NCBI GenBank assembly: GCA_009995545.1 | Contig: JAACPI010000001.1 | Coordinates: 2,475-66,474, forward strand | DNA from: a bacterium | Lineage (GTDB): Bacteria; Patescibacteriota; WWE3; 2-01-FULL-39-13; JAACPI01 | Direction of reading: 5' to 3' | DNA length: 64,000 bases | Shown here: piece after piece, positions 49,520-57,648 of the stretch | How positions within the stretch are numbered: the stretch's first letter is position 1 | Layout: each line of letters opens with the position of its first letter | Position numbers and translations under genes: made by a program | The notes under the pieces: model-generated | The model's input: only the letters and a program-made list of their open reading frames with translations | The model's database searches: none | Told to the model about the DNA's origin: nothing

Positions 49520-52273
49520 ATGTCAAAAGCACTAGCAGAATCTCAATTTAAGGGTGATCAAGAAAAGGTTTTTATAGACTTGTTTGGTAATGCTTGCGTA
49601 GAGATAGCTAACGAGGAATACTTTGATGCTTACAATAAATATCCAAAACCTACTGGTGAGGAAGACCCTCATTTTAATACTTTTTTACAATCTAGAATTT
49701 CTGTTTACCAACGAGCTTTGGAAATAGGAAAATCCTGCTTAGATAATAGATTTACAAACGACCCAGAGGTTACTTTGCAAGATCCCAAAGACGGTGTATT
49801 TAAAACCTATAAATATGACCCTGTTAGTAGGGGGGTAGTTCTCGTTAATGAAGCAGTCTCCAAACAGGGTAATAGTTTTATAGATTTTACGCTAAATTTT
49901 GGAGAAGAATCTGCCTCGGACAATTCAGATAACGGAGACTTCCGCCGATCGGAAAATGACGAGATTAACTTTTACTCTGATTATACCTTGATGCACCAAA
50001 TGCTTTCAAAGGGCATGGAAGAGTTAGGTGCTCAATATACTTTTTTTGAGGCAGCCTTAAATAAATTTAAAAGATTTGACTCCACTGGTTGGGCTACATT
50101 AAAAAACACACCCCCCATTGATATAAACTTAAAAAGGGCTAAAAACTATCTTGCGATTCTAGATAAAATGCCCTCAAATGTAGAAAAAAGCTCTTGGTTT
50201 GTAAACCAAAGGGTCTTAGATCCTTCTTTAGAGAACTGGTCAGATAGAAGTAATCAGTTGCTAGAAGAGGCTGAAATTTTGGAAGGATTTTTTAATTCTG
50301 GCCCGGAGTATAAAACTGTACGAACTTTAAACTCTGAGAATTCTTTTGCTGTAGCATTGATTGGGGAAAGATATACCCCTTCTTCATTTCCTCAAATATA
50401 TATTGACGATGTTATTGCGATTAGTAGGATAATTTATGATCTAGCTATTTCTATACCCGATCCAATTGACAGAGAAAGTGCCTTAACAAATGTTGCTAGC
50501 GAGATTTTTATTAAAAGGTCTTCTCAGTTAGTCTCTTTATTGGAATCAAGAGGCATGCCTGTTGAATTGGGGTTAAATTACTTTAGGCAGATATTACAAA
50601 AGTACATTATGCGTCTCCCGGAACAATACTGCGTAGACTTTTTTGAGGGTAGAGAAGTTGAATTTACAATGAGAAACTTACTTTATGGTAGATATAACAC
50701 TGTTCACGATGAAAGAGAAAACTCCGAACGACATTTAGCCTCTTTTTTACAGCAGTATAAACAGGGGAAGTACAAGTCAGACTCGTTGGAGTCTTTAGAA
50801 CCCGGTACCGTTAAAGAAGTTTACGCCAAACTGGTAACAGGAAAACTAGAGGGTTTTGACTCAGAAAGCACTAGAAATGCCCTTATAGCCACTTTGAGAT
50901 ATTTTCAAATCGACTACGAGGATTCTTTGCAGGTTTTTGTTCCCACCGAAGGGTCGGTTACGTGCAGAACTTTTTTTGGGTCGATTAAAGATAACTTAAA
51001 ACAGCTTTCCCCTGTGGTTATCGAAGTGTTTTCTGAAATTTACGCTTATAAAAGTCTAGTTAACGAACTTAATGAGCTTGGAAAAGCAGGTCAAATAAAA
51101 GCTGACGCCCTTTTGGTTGGAAGAATTAAAAACAAGTATTCTGGCGAGAACGTCTCTGATTTCAGATCTGGTGATAAATTATATTTAGATTTGGATGTTT
51201 TTGTTGAATGCCACTTGCCCCAGATTGCAAGAAACATTAAATCTGTAATTGAGCAAGTTTCTTACTATAGTCAGCCTTTAAGTTCCGAAAATATTATATT
51301 ATCTGTAAAAAAATGGGTTAAAGAAAGACCAGAACTGGTAAGCCCCGCGTGTGCGGCTTTTGGTTTAAGCCCTCTCCAATTAGAGCAATATATAGCTGCT
51401 AAAGTAACCTTTATAACTGTAAAATCTAAGCGCTATTTTGCAAGTAACCCTAATTTTATGTTAGTTACCCTAGAAAACTCTTGGGCAGAAAACTTAGCAG
51501 AGCAAGAAAGTAAAAAAAAAGTTGAAAAACTTGTAAATAAAGGATTCACCTGGCAGGAATTCTCTGCTTTACCCGTTATAGTGCAAAATAGGCTGGTAGA
51601 TGCTGTTTTCGAAATGCCCGATACCAAGGAAAAACAGGAATTGCTTTTAGATATCTTTTACTATCTAAGGCTTAAATATTCTATGAGAGGGCCACTAAAG
51701 TTGTTTGATGTTACAAAACAGAAATCAGAAGAGCCCTTAGTAAAAATTAAACGCATTCAGGCTGTGTCTCATTTTTCTGTTAGAGCCATTCAAGGTTTAT
51801 CTAGTGAGTCTGTACTTGCAGATTATCTTGATACCGTTTTACTAAGGGATAGACTCTTTTCTACTATAGACAGCGGCATACCCAAACCTTTTACGGGTCA
51901 GTTGGGTAAAGAACTTAGACAAGAATTTTTTACATATTATTTTGCTAAACATGGCACTAGAAAGGGAAGTGTTATACCAAAAACCCTATACAGTAAAGAC
52001 ACTATATCTTTGATGGCAAGGGATTTTGTACAAGAAAACTTAAGTATAGTCGAGGAAAAAATGGAACGGAGAAACGTAAAAATTAGAAGAGCGGAAAACC
52101 ATTATGATTTAGACCGATTTACTAATGAACTTGTAGAATATGCTGAGGATGCCTTTGAAAGAACCCGAAGGTTACTTTACGGTAATGGATACGTGGTTGA
52201 GAGAGGTTTAACAAGTAAGGTTGTTATACAAACATTAACATCTCTACTTGAGGCTTCCTTAGAAAGAATATAA
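49520..52273 (+). CDS. Large hypothetical protein (917 aa)
   Basis: Long ORF with no TM segment, no signal peptide and no nucleotide-binding or metal-binding motif visible. Confidence 0.5.
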   Translation: MSKALAESQFKGDQEKVFIDLFGNACVEIANEEYFDAYNKYPKPTGEEDPHFNTFLQSRISVYQRALEIGKSCLDNRFTNDPEVTLQDPKDGVFKTYKYDPVSRGVVLVNEAVSKQGNSFIDFTLNFGEESASDNSDNGDFRRSENDEINFYSDYTLMHQMLSKGMEELGAQYTFFEAALNKFKRFDSTGWATLKNTPPIDINLKRAKNYLAILDKMPSNVEKSSWFVNQRVLDPSLENWSDRSNQLLEEAEILEGFFNSGPEYKTVRTLNSENSFAVALIGERYTPSSFPQIYIDDVIAISRIIYDLAISIPDPIDRESALTNVASEIFIKRSSQLVSLLESRGMPVELGLNYFRQILQKYIMRLPEQYCVDFFEGREVEFTMRNLLYGRYNTVHDERENSERHLASFLQQYKQGKYKSDSLESLEPGTVKEVYAKLVTGKLEGFDSESTRNALIATLRYFQIDYEDSLQVFVPTEGSVTCRTFFGSIKDNLKQLSPVVIEVFSEIYAYKSLVNELNELGKAGQIKADALLVGRIKNKYSGENVSDFRSGDKLYLDLDVFVECHLPQIARNIKSVIEQVSYYSQPLSSENIILSVKKWVKERPELVSPACAAFGLSPLQLEQYIAAKVTFITVKSKRYFASNPNFMLVTLENSWAENLAEQESKKKVEKLVNKGFTWQEFSALPVIVQNRLVDAVFEMPDTKEKQELLLDIFYYLRLKYSMRGPLKLFDVTKQKSEEPLVKIKRIQAVSHFSVRAIQGLSSESVLADYLDTVLLRDRLFSTIDSGIPKPFTGQLGKELRQEFFTYYFAKHGTRKGSVIPKTLYSKDTISLMARDFVQENLSIVEEKMERRNVKIRRAENHYDLDRFTNELVEYAEDAFERTRRLLYGNGYVVERGLTSKVVIQTLTSLLEASLERI

Positions 52274-52277
52274 GAAA

Positions 52278-52892
52278 TTAAATAAACCTACTCAACAAGT
52301 TGTAAGTAAAGTTAATTACCGGGCCTAGTATTTTACCTGTAGTGCCTGTAAATATAAGCAAGAGTAAAATTATTGTTCCGTATCTGTAGGTCTCTTTAAA
52401 TTGCTCGCTTAATTCGTTTGGCAAAATGCTGGATATCACATTAAAACCGTCCAAAGGGTAAATAGGTATTAAATTAAAGGTAGCTAATACTACGTTTATA
52501 ATTATAAATTGTAAAATTATGGCTATTAGTACCTCGGGTATTGTCCCAAATCCAATATACAGTGTCCCAAATCCCAATAATGCCATAGCAATATTGCTTA
52601 AAGGTCCTGCGAAGGCAATTATTCCTGTATCTCTCTTGGGGTTTTTTAGGTTGTAAGGGTTAAATATAACAGGCTTTCCCCAGCCGAAAGTTGGTCCTGG
52701 TATAAGGGCTGTGATTACTAAAAGAGCCGTTCCTACAGGGTCTAAATGCTTTAAAGGGTTTAAGGTCACCCTACCCATCATTCTTGGTGTGGCATCGCCT
52801 AATTTATCCGCGGCATAAGCATGCGCAAACTCGTGAATAGATAAAGCTAAAAGCAGTACTGGTAATAAAAATAATAGTGTAAAAATAGACAT
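52278..52892 (-). CDS. Site-2-protease-family (peptidase M50) zinc metalloprotease
   Basis: HEFAHA zinc motif and NLIPIYPLDGFN second motif. Polytopic membrane protein. Confidence 0.65.
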   Translation of the reverse strand: MSIFTLLFLLPVLLLALSIHEFAHAYAADKLGDATPRMMGRVTLNPLKHLDPVGTALLVITALIPGPTFGWGKPVIFNPYNLKNPKRDTGIIAFAGPLSNIAMALLGFGTLYIGFGTIPEVLIAIILQFIIINVVLATFNLIPIYPLDGFNVISSILPNELSEQFKETYRYGTIILLLLIFTGTTGKILGPVINFTYNLLSRFI

Positions 52893-52937
52893 ATCGTTAG
52901 TATAGAGGATCTCCGACGTACTATCTAGGTTTAAAAA

Positions 52938-53405
52938 TCACCTAAAAATAAATAATGTACTCAGGAGTATTAATTTCGGTAAAAATATTATTATTCCAAT
53001 TAAAACGGCAAAGGCAGCGCTTATTAAAACTGCACCACTAGAAGTATCTTTGGCAACTCTAATACGTTCTTTGTACTTTTCATCTGCAACCTCATCGCTT
53101 AATGATTCTATTGCTGTGTTAACCATTTCCATAGCAAAAACTAAGGCCGAGACTAACATTAAAACTACTATCTCGTAGTACTCTATGAGGCTAAAAAAAC
53201 TAAAAAATAGAATTGTAATTCCTAATAAAGTAAAAGCGTAGGTATGTATTTGAAAGTTGGGTTGGGTTTTAAACGCCCATTTAACACCGTTAAAAGCGTA
53301 TTTAAAACTAACATGGTGAAATTTTCTTTCGCCTTTAGTTTTGGGGTAGGGGAGTTTTTCAACTTTATTACTAATTTTTTTGTGAAAATTAAATATTTTA
53401 AACAT
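52938..53405 (-). CDS. dgkA: Diacylglycerol/undecaprenol kinase (DgkA family)
   Basis: EMVNTAIESLSDEV motif and three TM helices, about 155 aa. Confidence 0.6.
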   Translation of the reverse strand: MFKIFNFHKKISNKVEKLPYPKTKGERKFHHVSFKYAFNGVKWAFKTQPNFQIHTYAFTLLGITILFFSFFSLIEYYEIVVLMLVSALVFAMEMVNTAIESLSDEVADEKYKERIRVAKDTSSGAVLISAAFAVLIGIIIFLPKLILLSTLFIFR

Positions 53406-53417
53406 TTTTTGTTGTTA

Positions 53418-53777
53418 TTAAATTTTTTCTCTTAACCATAGGTCTAGTCCATCGTTTTTGTACCTAGGTACAACATGCATATGAAAATGAAAAACCGATT
53501 GGCCGGCATCTTTTCCTGAAGCCTGGAGCAAATTTACCCCTGTGGCTTTGTACTTTTTGGTTAATTCCATACTTATATCTTTACTAACCAAAATCAGTTC
53601 TTTAAGCACACTGGGGTCAATATCTAAAATATTTTCAAAATGTTCTTTTGGTACAACCAAGGTATGCCCTTTAGAAACGGGATCAATTGGGTTGAAAACT
53701 ATTATTTTGCTGTTTTCAAAAATTATAGTGGCTGGGGACTTACGATTGTTTATTTGGCAGAATATACACGATTCCAT
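53418..53777 (-). CDS. HIT-family nucleotide hydrolase
   Basis: HFHMHVVPR histidine triad. Confidence 0.8.
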   Translation of the reverse strand: MESCIFCQINNRKSPATIIFENSKIIVFNPIDPVSKGHTLVVPKEHFENILDIDPSVLKELILVSKDISMELTKKYKATGVNLLQASGKDAGQSVFHFHMHVVPRYKNDGLDLWLREKI

Positions 53778-53885
53778 ATAAATATAATATCATCAAACCT
53801 ACTTTTTTGTAGTCGAGTTAAGGTTTGTCTACCTCGTGTTTTTTTGGCGCTGGCACCTCTTAAATTAGTGATATAATACTTATTA

Positions 53886-54179
53886 ATGAATTTGCCGACT
53901 GGGTCAAACATCCAAATTAATGTAATCGATGATGCCGAGATGCTTAGAATCGGAAAAGAATATAAAGATAAGGATTACCCCACAGATGTTCTAACTTTTA
54001 ACTACAGTAAAACTGCCGGGTATAAAAAAGGTGATTTATTTGGGGAGATATACGTAAATAAAAATGCTGCAAAACGCCAGGCAAAAGAAAATGGCAATAC
54101 TGTAGAACAGGAAATTGCCTTTTTAGTACAACATTCTATGTTGCATATGCAGGGTATTCATCACGAGGGTGATAATTAG
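53886..54179 (+). CDS. ybeY: Compact YbeY-like rRNA maturation endoribonuclease
   Basis: …YKDKDYPTDVLTF… and HSMLHMQGIHHE align with the YbeY PTNVLSF and HGxLHLxGYDH motifs. N-terminally short at 97 aa. Confidence 0.55.
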   Translation: MNLPTGSNIQINVIDDAEMLRIGKEYKDKDYPTDVLTFNYSKTAGYKKGDLFGEIYVNKNAAKRQAKENGNTVEQEIAFLVQHSMLHMQGIHHEGDN

Positions 54180-54260
54180 TCTTGCAAAGTATTAATCAAA
54201 ATTCACTAATGTGCTAATATTTTGCAGAAGAAACTGAAGTTTCAGTTACCTTTAAACTAA

Positions 54261-54337
54261 GCCACCTTAGCTCAGTTGGTCAGAGCAACGGTTTTGTAAA
54301 CCGTAGGTCCGGAGTTCGAATCTCCGAGGTGGCTCCA
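54261..54337 (+). tRNA. tRNA-Thr (anticodon TGT)
   Basis: Cloverleaf with anticodon loop TTTGTAA, T-loop TTCGAAT and encoded CCA. Confidence 0.85.
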
Positions 54338-54390
54338 TTGTAAAATTTGTTGCGGCATAGGCCTTTTAATTAATTTAAATTTTCTCAAAA

Positions 54391-54466
54391 GCCGTTGTAG
54401 CTCAATTGGTAGAGCGCGTCCATGGTAAGGACGAGGTAGCCGGTTCAAAACCGGCCAACGGCTCCA
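54391..54466 (+). tRNA. tRNA-Thr (anticodon GGT)
   Basis: Cloverleaf with anticodon loop ATGGTAA, T-loop TTCAAAA and encoded CCA. Confidence 0.8.
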
Positions 54467-54521
54467 TTTACGCTCTTTCTATTGTACTTAACTGTTTTGG
54501 GTGTTAAAATCTCAACTGTCT

Positions 54522-54797
54522 ATGTCAAGAACATGCTCAGTGTCAGGAAAAACTAAATTTAAAGGGAATAAAGTTTCTCACTCACAGGTTAAGACTATTA
54601 GGCACTATTTGCCTAATTTAAGAACCGTAAAGGTGAAAAGTAATGGTGTTGTTAAAAGAGTTAAAGTTGCCATGAATGTTTACAAAAAACTTAGAAAAAC
54701 AGGTGAATATCAGGGATTAGTAATGGTGGATAGTCGCACTAAAAATGCTGAGGCAAACTCTACTAAAGATAATAAAGTCGCAGAAGTTAAAGAATAA
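54522..54797 (+). CDS. rpmB: Ribosomal protein L28 with a C-terminal basic extension
   Basis: MSRTCSVSGKTKFKGNKVSHSQVKTIRHYLPNL matches L28 (MSRVCQVTGK…). Starts at an internal Met of the track ORF. Confidence 0.75.
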   Translation: MSRTCSVSGKTKFKGNKVSHSQVKTIRHYLPNLRTVKVKSNGVVKRVKVAMNVYKKLRKTGEYQGLVMVDSRTKNAEANSTKDNKVAEVKE

Positions 54798-54803
54798 ATA
54801 ACT

Positions 54804-54980
54804 ATGGCAAAAAAAGGTAATCGAATACTACTACTTTTAGAATGTACAGCTTGTAAGGCAAGAAATTACATTAGTGAAAAAAATAAAGTAAATACCCCTG
54901 ATAAAATAACTGAGTTAAATAAGTTTTGCACCAAGTGCAAAAAGCATACTCCTCACAAAGAACAAACTAGGTTAAAGTAA
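54804..54980 (+). CDS. rpmG: Ribosomal protein L33 (58 aa, below the ORF-track size cutoff)
   Basis: MAKKGNRILLLLECTACKARNYISEKNKVNTPDKITELNKFCTKCKKHTPHKE is an L33 Cys4 zinc ribbon, 6 nt after rpmB. Confidence 0.75.
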   Translation: MAKKGNRILLLLECTACKARNYISEKNKVNTPDKITELNKFCTKCKKHTPHKEQTRLK

Positions 54981-54983
54981 AAT

Positions 54984-55637
54984 TTACCCAACTACTTCAA
55001 AGTATCTTCCTCTAAGCTTGTATAAAATAGGTATAAATATTGCTAGCGCAAATACTGTCCACAAAAAGTTTCCTTTAGTTACTACACTTGTTAAGTAAAA
55101 TAGAGGTATTCCTAGGGTAATTTGGGTTAGTATCATCGCAAAAATATATTTTTTGAAGTCTATTTTAAGAATCCCCGCAGCGTAATGTATAGCTTCTAGT
55201 ACAACAGAGCCGGATAATATTCTAATTACTACTAATGACTCAATTTCCTTACCTTTTTTAATTTTAATTTTTTCAACTTTTAAAGCCCAACTTTCTCCAA
55301 ACATTTTTCTAATTACAGAAATTCCGTACTTTTTGGCCAGATAGTAATTAAATATGCCCCCTAGTGTTGAACCCAGGGCATCGGCCACAAAAGCCGACTC
55401 CCATCCAATTATGGGTACCGTGGCTACCGTAACTACACCTCCAACCAGGGGAGGGTAAATAATAGCAATAAATTTGTATAGGGTGATTATAAATAAAAAC
55501 AGCCAATAATTTTCTTTAGACCAAATAAGTAGGATATTAAATAGGGGGGTAGTACTAAACCAGTAGTAACTAATTATGGCTAGTACCGTTACTAAACCAA
55601 TCCAAATAAAACTTTTTGGTATTTTCGGTAGTTGCAT
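54984..55637 (-). CDS. DedA/TVP38-family membrane protein
   Basis: PPLVGGVVTVATVPIIGWESAFVADALGSTLGGIFNYYLAKKYG core motif and about 6 TM helices. Confidence 0.5.
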   Translation of the reverse strand: MQLPKIPKSFIWIGLVTVLAIISYYWFSTTPLFNILLIWSKENYWLFLFIITLYKFIAIIYPPLVGGVVTVATVPIIGWESAFVADALGSTLGGIFNYYLAKKYGISVIRKMFGESWALKVEKIKIKKGKEIESLVVIRILSGSVVLEAIHYAAGILKIDFKKYIFAMILTQITLGIPLFYLTSVVTKGNFLWTVFALAIFIPILYKLRGRYFEVVG

Positions 55638-55667
55638 CTTAAGATTATACCAGCTTTAGTTGATAGT

Positions 55668-55779
55668 TGTTGTGCACACCCCTCTTGCACCCCAGCAACA
55701 CCGGTTCGATCCCTCACCGTGTTTTATGTGTCCATGCACCCAAAACGAGTAAGCTTCGTTCCTCGGCAACTCTATTGTG
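55668..55779. repeat. Copy B of the intergenic element (modules X then Y), containing a degenerate tRNA T-arm-like GGTTCGATCCC and running into the tRNA-Trp promoter
   Basis: ttgcaccccagcaacaccggttcgatccctcaccgtgttttatgtg then tccatgcacccaaaacgagtaagcttcgttcctcggcaactctattgtg. Compare 40612-40718. Confidence 0.6.
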
Positions 55780-55786
55780 CTATAAT
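55758..55786 (+). promoter_or_regulatory. Extended -10 promoter (TGcTATAAT) for tRNA-Trp
   Basis: TATAAT at 55781-55786 preceded by TGc, 11 nt before the tRNA 5' end. The -35 is weak. Confidence 0.35.
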
Positions 55787-55797
55787 TTTGTCTGTCT

Positions 55798-55872
55798 AGG
55801 GCTATAGTGTTAGTGGTAGCACGTGGGTCTCCAAAACCTAAAGCGAGGGTTCAAATCCTTCTGGCCCTGCCA
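55798..55872 (+). tRNA. tRNA-Trp (anticodon CCA)
   Basis: AGGGCTA… with anticodon arm GGTCTCCAAAACC as in trpT, an A1:U72 pair, discriminator G and encoded CCA. Confidence 0.85.
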
Positions 55873-56519
55873 TTTTTCTCATGAGGCTACGGACTGTAAA
55901 CCAGACGAAACTTGCTTTGATGAAGTACCCGAAGAGTCTGAATCTTCCAACCAAGCCTGACTTGGCCTCCCCTTATTCGACATTGCGTGTCCGCAATTTT
56001 ATTTTAACCCCAACCCTACCTCCTACATCCAATATCCTGATTTCTGTGTAACCCTTACTCCTTTTGACAAAATTTTCAGTCGGTGTAGTATTAAATTATT
56101 AGGGGACACAGTTTAAACGGTAAAGTCCCATTGCACATTAGTAATTCACTGTCCTGCGCTACATGTTTTAAAGTTGTAGTTTCCTTGTATAAAAAACTAC
56201 CGGGACTTCTGATCATTTTAAACCTTGGTTTAAAGTACGAAGACCCACCTTGCGTTCGCAAGGAACTTTTTAACTTTTAACGGTAGTGTGGGTAGTATTA
56301 GTACGTGTATCAAATTACCGAAAGGCGTAATATGGTCGCACGTTACCAGACTTGGGGCGCAAGCACCTTTCCAGGGCACGGCGCCCCATTCACATATAAA
56401 TACCCCTTTATTCTGCTAACTCTTTATATCCTTTAACTACTTACCTTTAATTATTTTGTAAACTTGTGAGATAATTTAATTGTTTGTGTTAGATAACAAT
56501 ACATACCCAAATATTTTAA

Positions 56520-57437
56520 ATGAATAATATACAATACAGTAATAAAACATTAAATATAGTTTTCTTTGGATCCAGTGAATTTAGCCTTACCGTACTAAAA
56601 GAACTTTTGGATAGTTCTACTATAAAAGTATGTACTGTTGTAACAAAAAGTGATAAGAAAATAGGCCGCAATTCTAGTATACAGCAGAATATTATAGCTA
56701 AATTTGCACAAGGACGTGGCTTAAATGTTGTAAAGGTCACTAGTTTACTAAAAGACCCCACCCAACTTAAAGGTATTTTTAATAAGATAGACTACGCAGT
56801 GGTGGTTAGCTTTGGCTATATACTACCCAACGAGGTTTTAGACCTACTGCCTAACCTATTTATCAATCTACATGCTAGTTTGCTTCCTAAATACCGTGGT
56901 GCTTCGCCGATTCAGCAAGCTGTTGTCAGTGGTGATACAGTTACTGGTAACTCTATTATGATATTAGATGACAAAATGGATGAAGGCCCAATATTAAAAA
57001 ATGAAAAAATAACAATAGGGTTTAATCAAACATCAAAAGACTTGTTTAGTGCACTTGCAAAGTCTGGTAGTAAGCTACTAATCGATACTTTACTACAACA
57101 TAAATCCGGTAAGATTAAACCCACACTGCAAGACCCTTCTAAAGCCACATACACCAAATTAATTACAAAAGACGAGGGCTTTGTGACACTAACTGAAAAT
57201 TATGTGGATATATACAATAAGTATAGGGCCTATATACAGTGGCCGGGTCTGTATACCAACATTCAGTCACTAGAAAAATTCCTTGGTATAACAACCAAAA
57301 TTGACAATAAGCAACTTGTTGTCAAACTTAAAAAACTGGCGCTAATAGATGACAATTTGCATATTGAGTACTTACAGTTGCCAAATAAACCTACAATAAG
57401 TTTAAAAGATTTTTACAATGGGTACTTAATAAAATAG
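56520..57437 (+). CDS. fmt: Methionyl-tRNA formyltransferase
   Basis: IVFFGSSEFS…HASLLPKYRGASPIQ motifs, 305 aa. Confidence 0.8.
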   Translation: MNNIQYSNKTLNIVFFGSSEFSLTVLKELLDSSTIKVCTVVTKSDKKIGRNSSIQQNIIAKFAQGRGLNVVKVTSLLKDPTQLKGIFNKIDYAVVVSFGYILPNEVLDLLPNLFINLHASLLPKYRGASPIQQAVVSGDTVTGNSIMILDDKMDEGPILKNEKITIGFNQTSKDLFSALAKSGSKLLIDTLLQHKSGKIKPTLQDPSKATYTKLITKDEGFVTLTENYVDIYNKYRAYIQWPGLYTNIQSLEKFLGITTKIDNKQLVVKLKKLALIDDNLHIEYLQLPNKPTISLKDFYNGYLIK

Positions 57438-57612
57438 ATATTTTTATTTATCTTATAGCTTTTACGGCGTTACTAAGCCTTGTTGTATTTATTTAATTCT
57501 TTATTCTTACTGCCCTTTACCTTATGACTTGGTAAATTTAGAACTTGTTTACACTATAATTTGCTTGTATTAAGCCTTAAATATGTGTAAACGTTACATA
57601 ACCCATAGTTTA

Positions 57613-57641
57613 TTGACAAGTTGTGAATTTTACTGTATTAA
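57613..57641 (+). promoter_or_regulatory. Consensus-like promoter TTGACA-17-TATTAA ending 7 nt before the ATG at 57649 (leaderless or near-leaderless transcript)
   Basis: Exact TTGACA, a 17-nt spacer and a TATTAA -10. Confidence 0.4.
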
Positions 57642-57648
57642 TTAATGC

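Noticed and set aside
40612-55779. The two repeat copies as att sites bounding a 15-kb integrated element
   Set aside because: The intervening DNA carries secE-nusG-rplKAJL, rpmB, rpmG and tRNAs, which are essential core genes. No integrase is present, and the module order is swapped rather than directly repeated.
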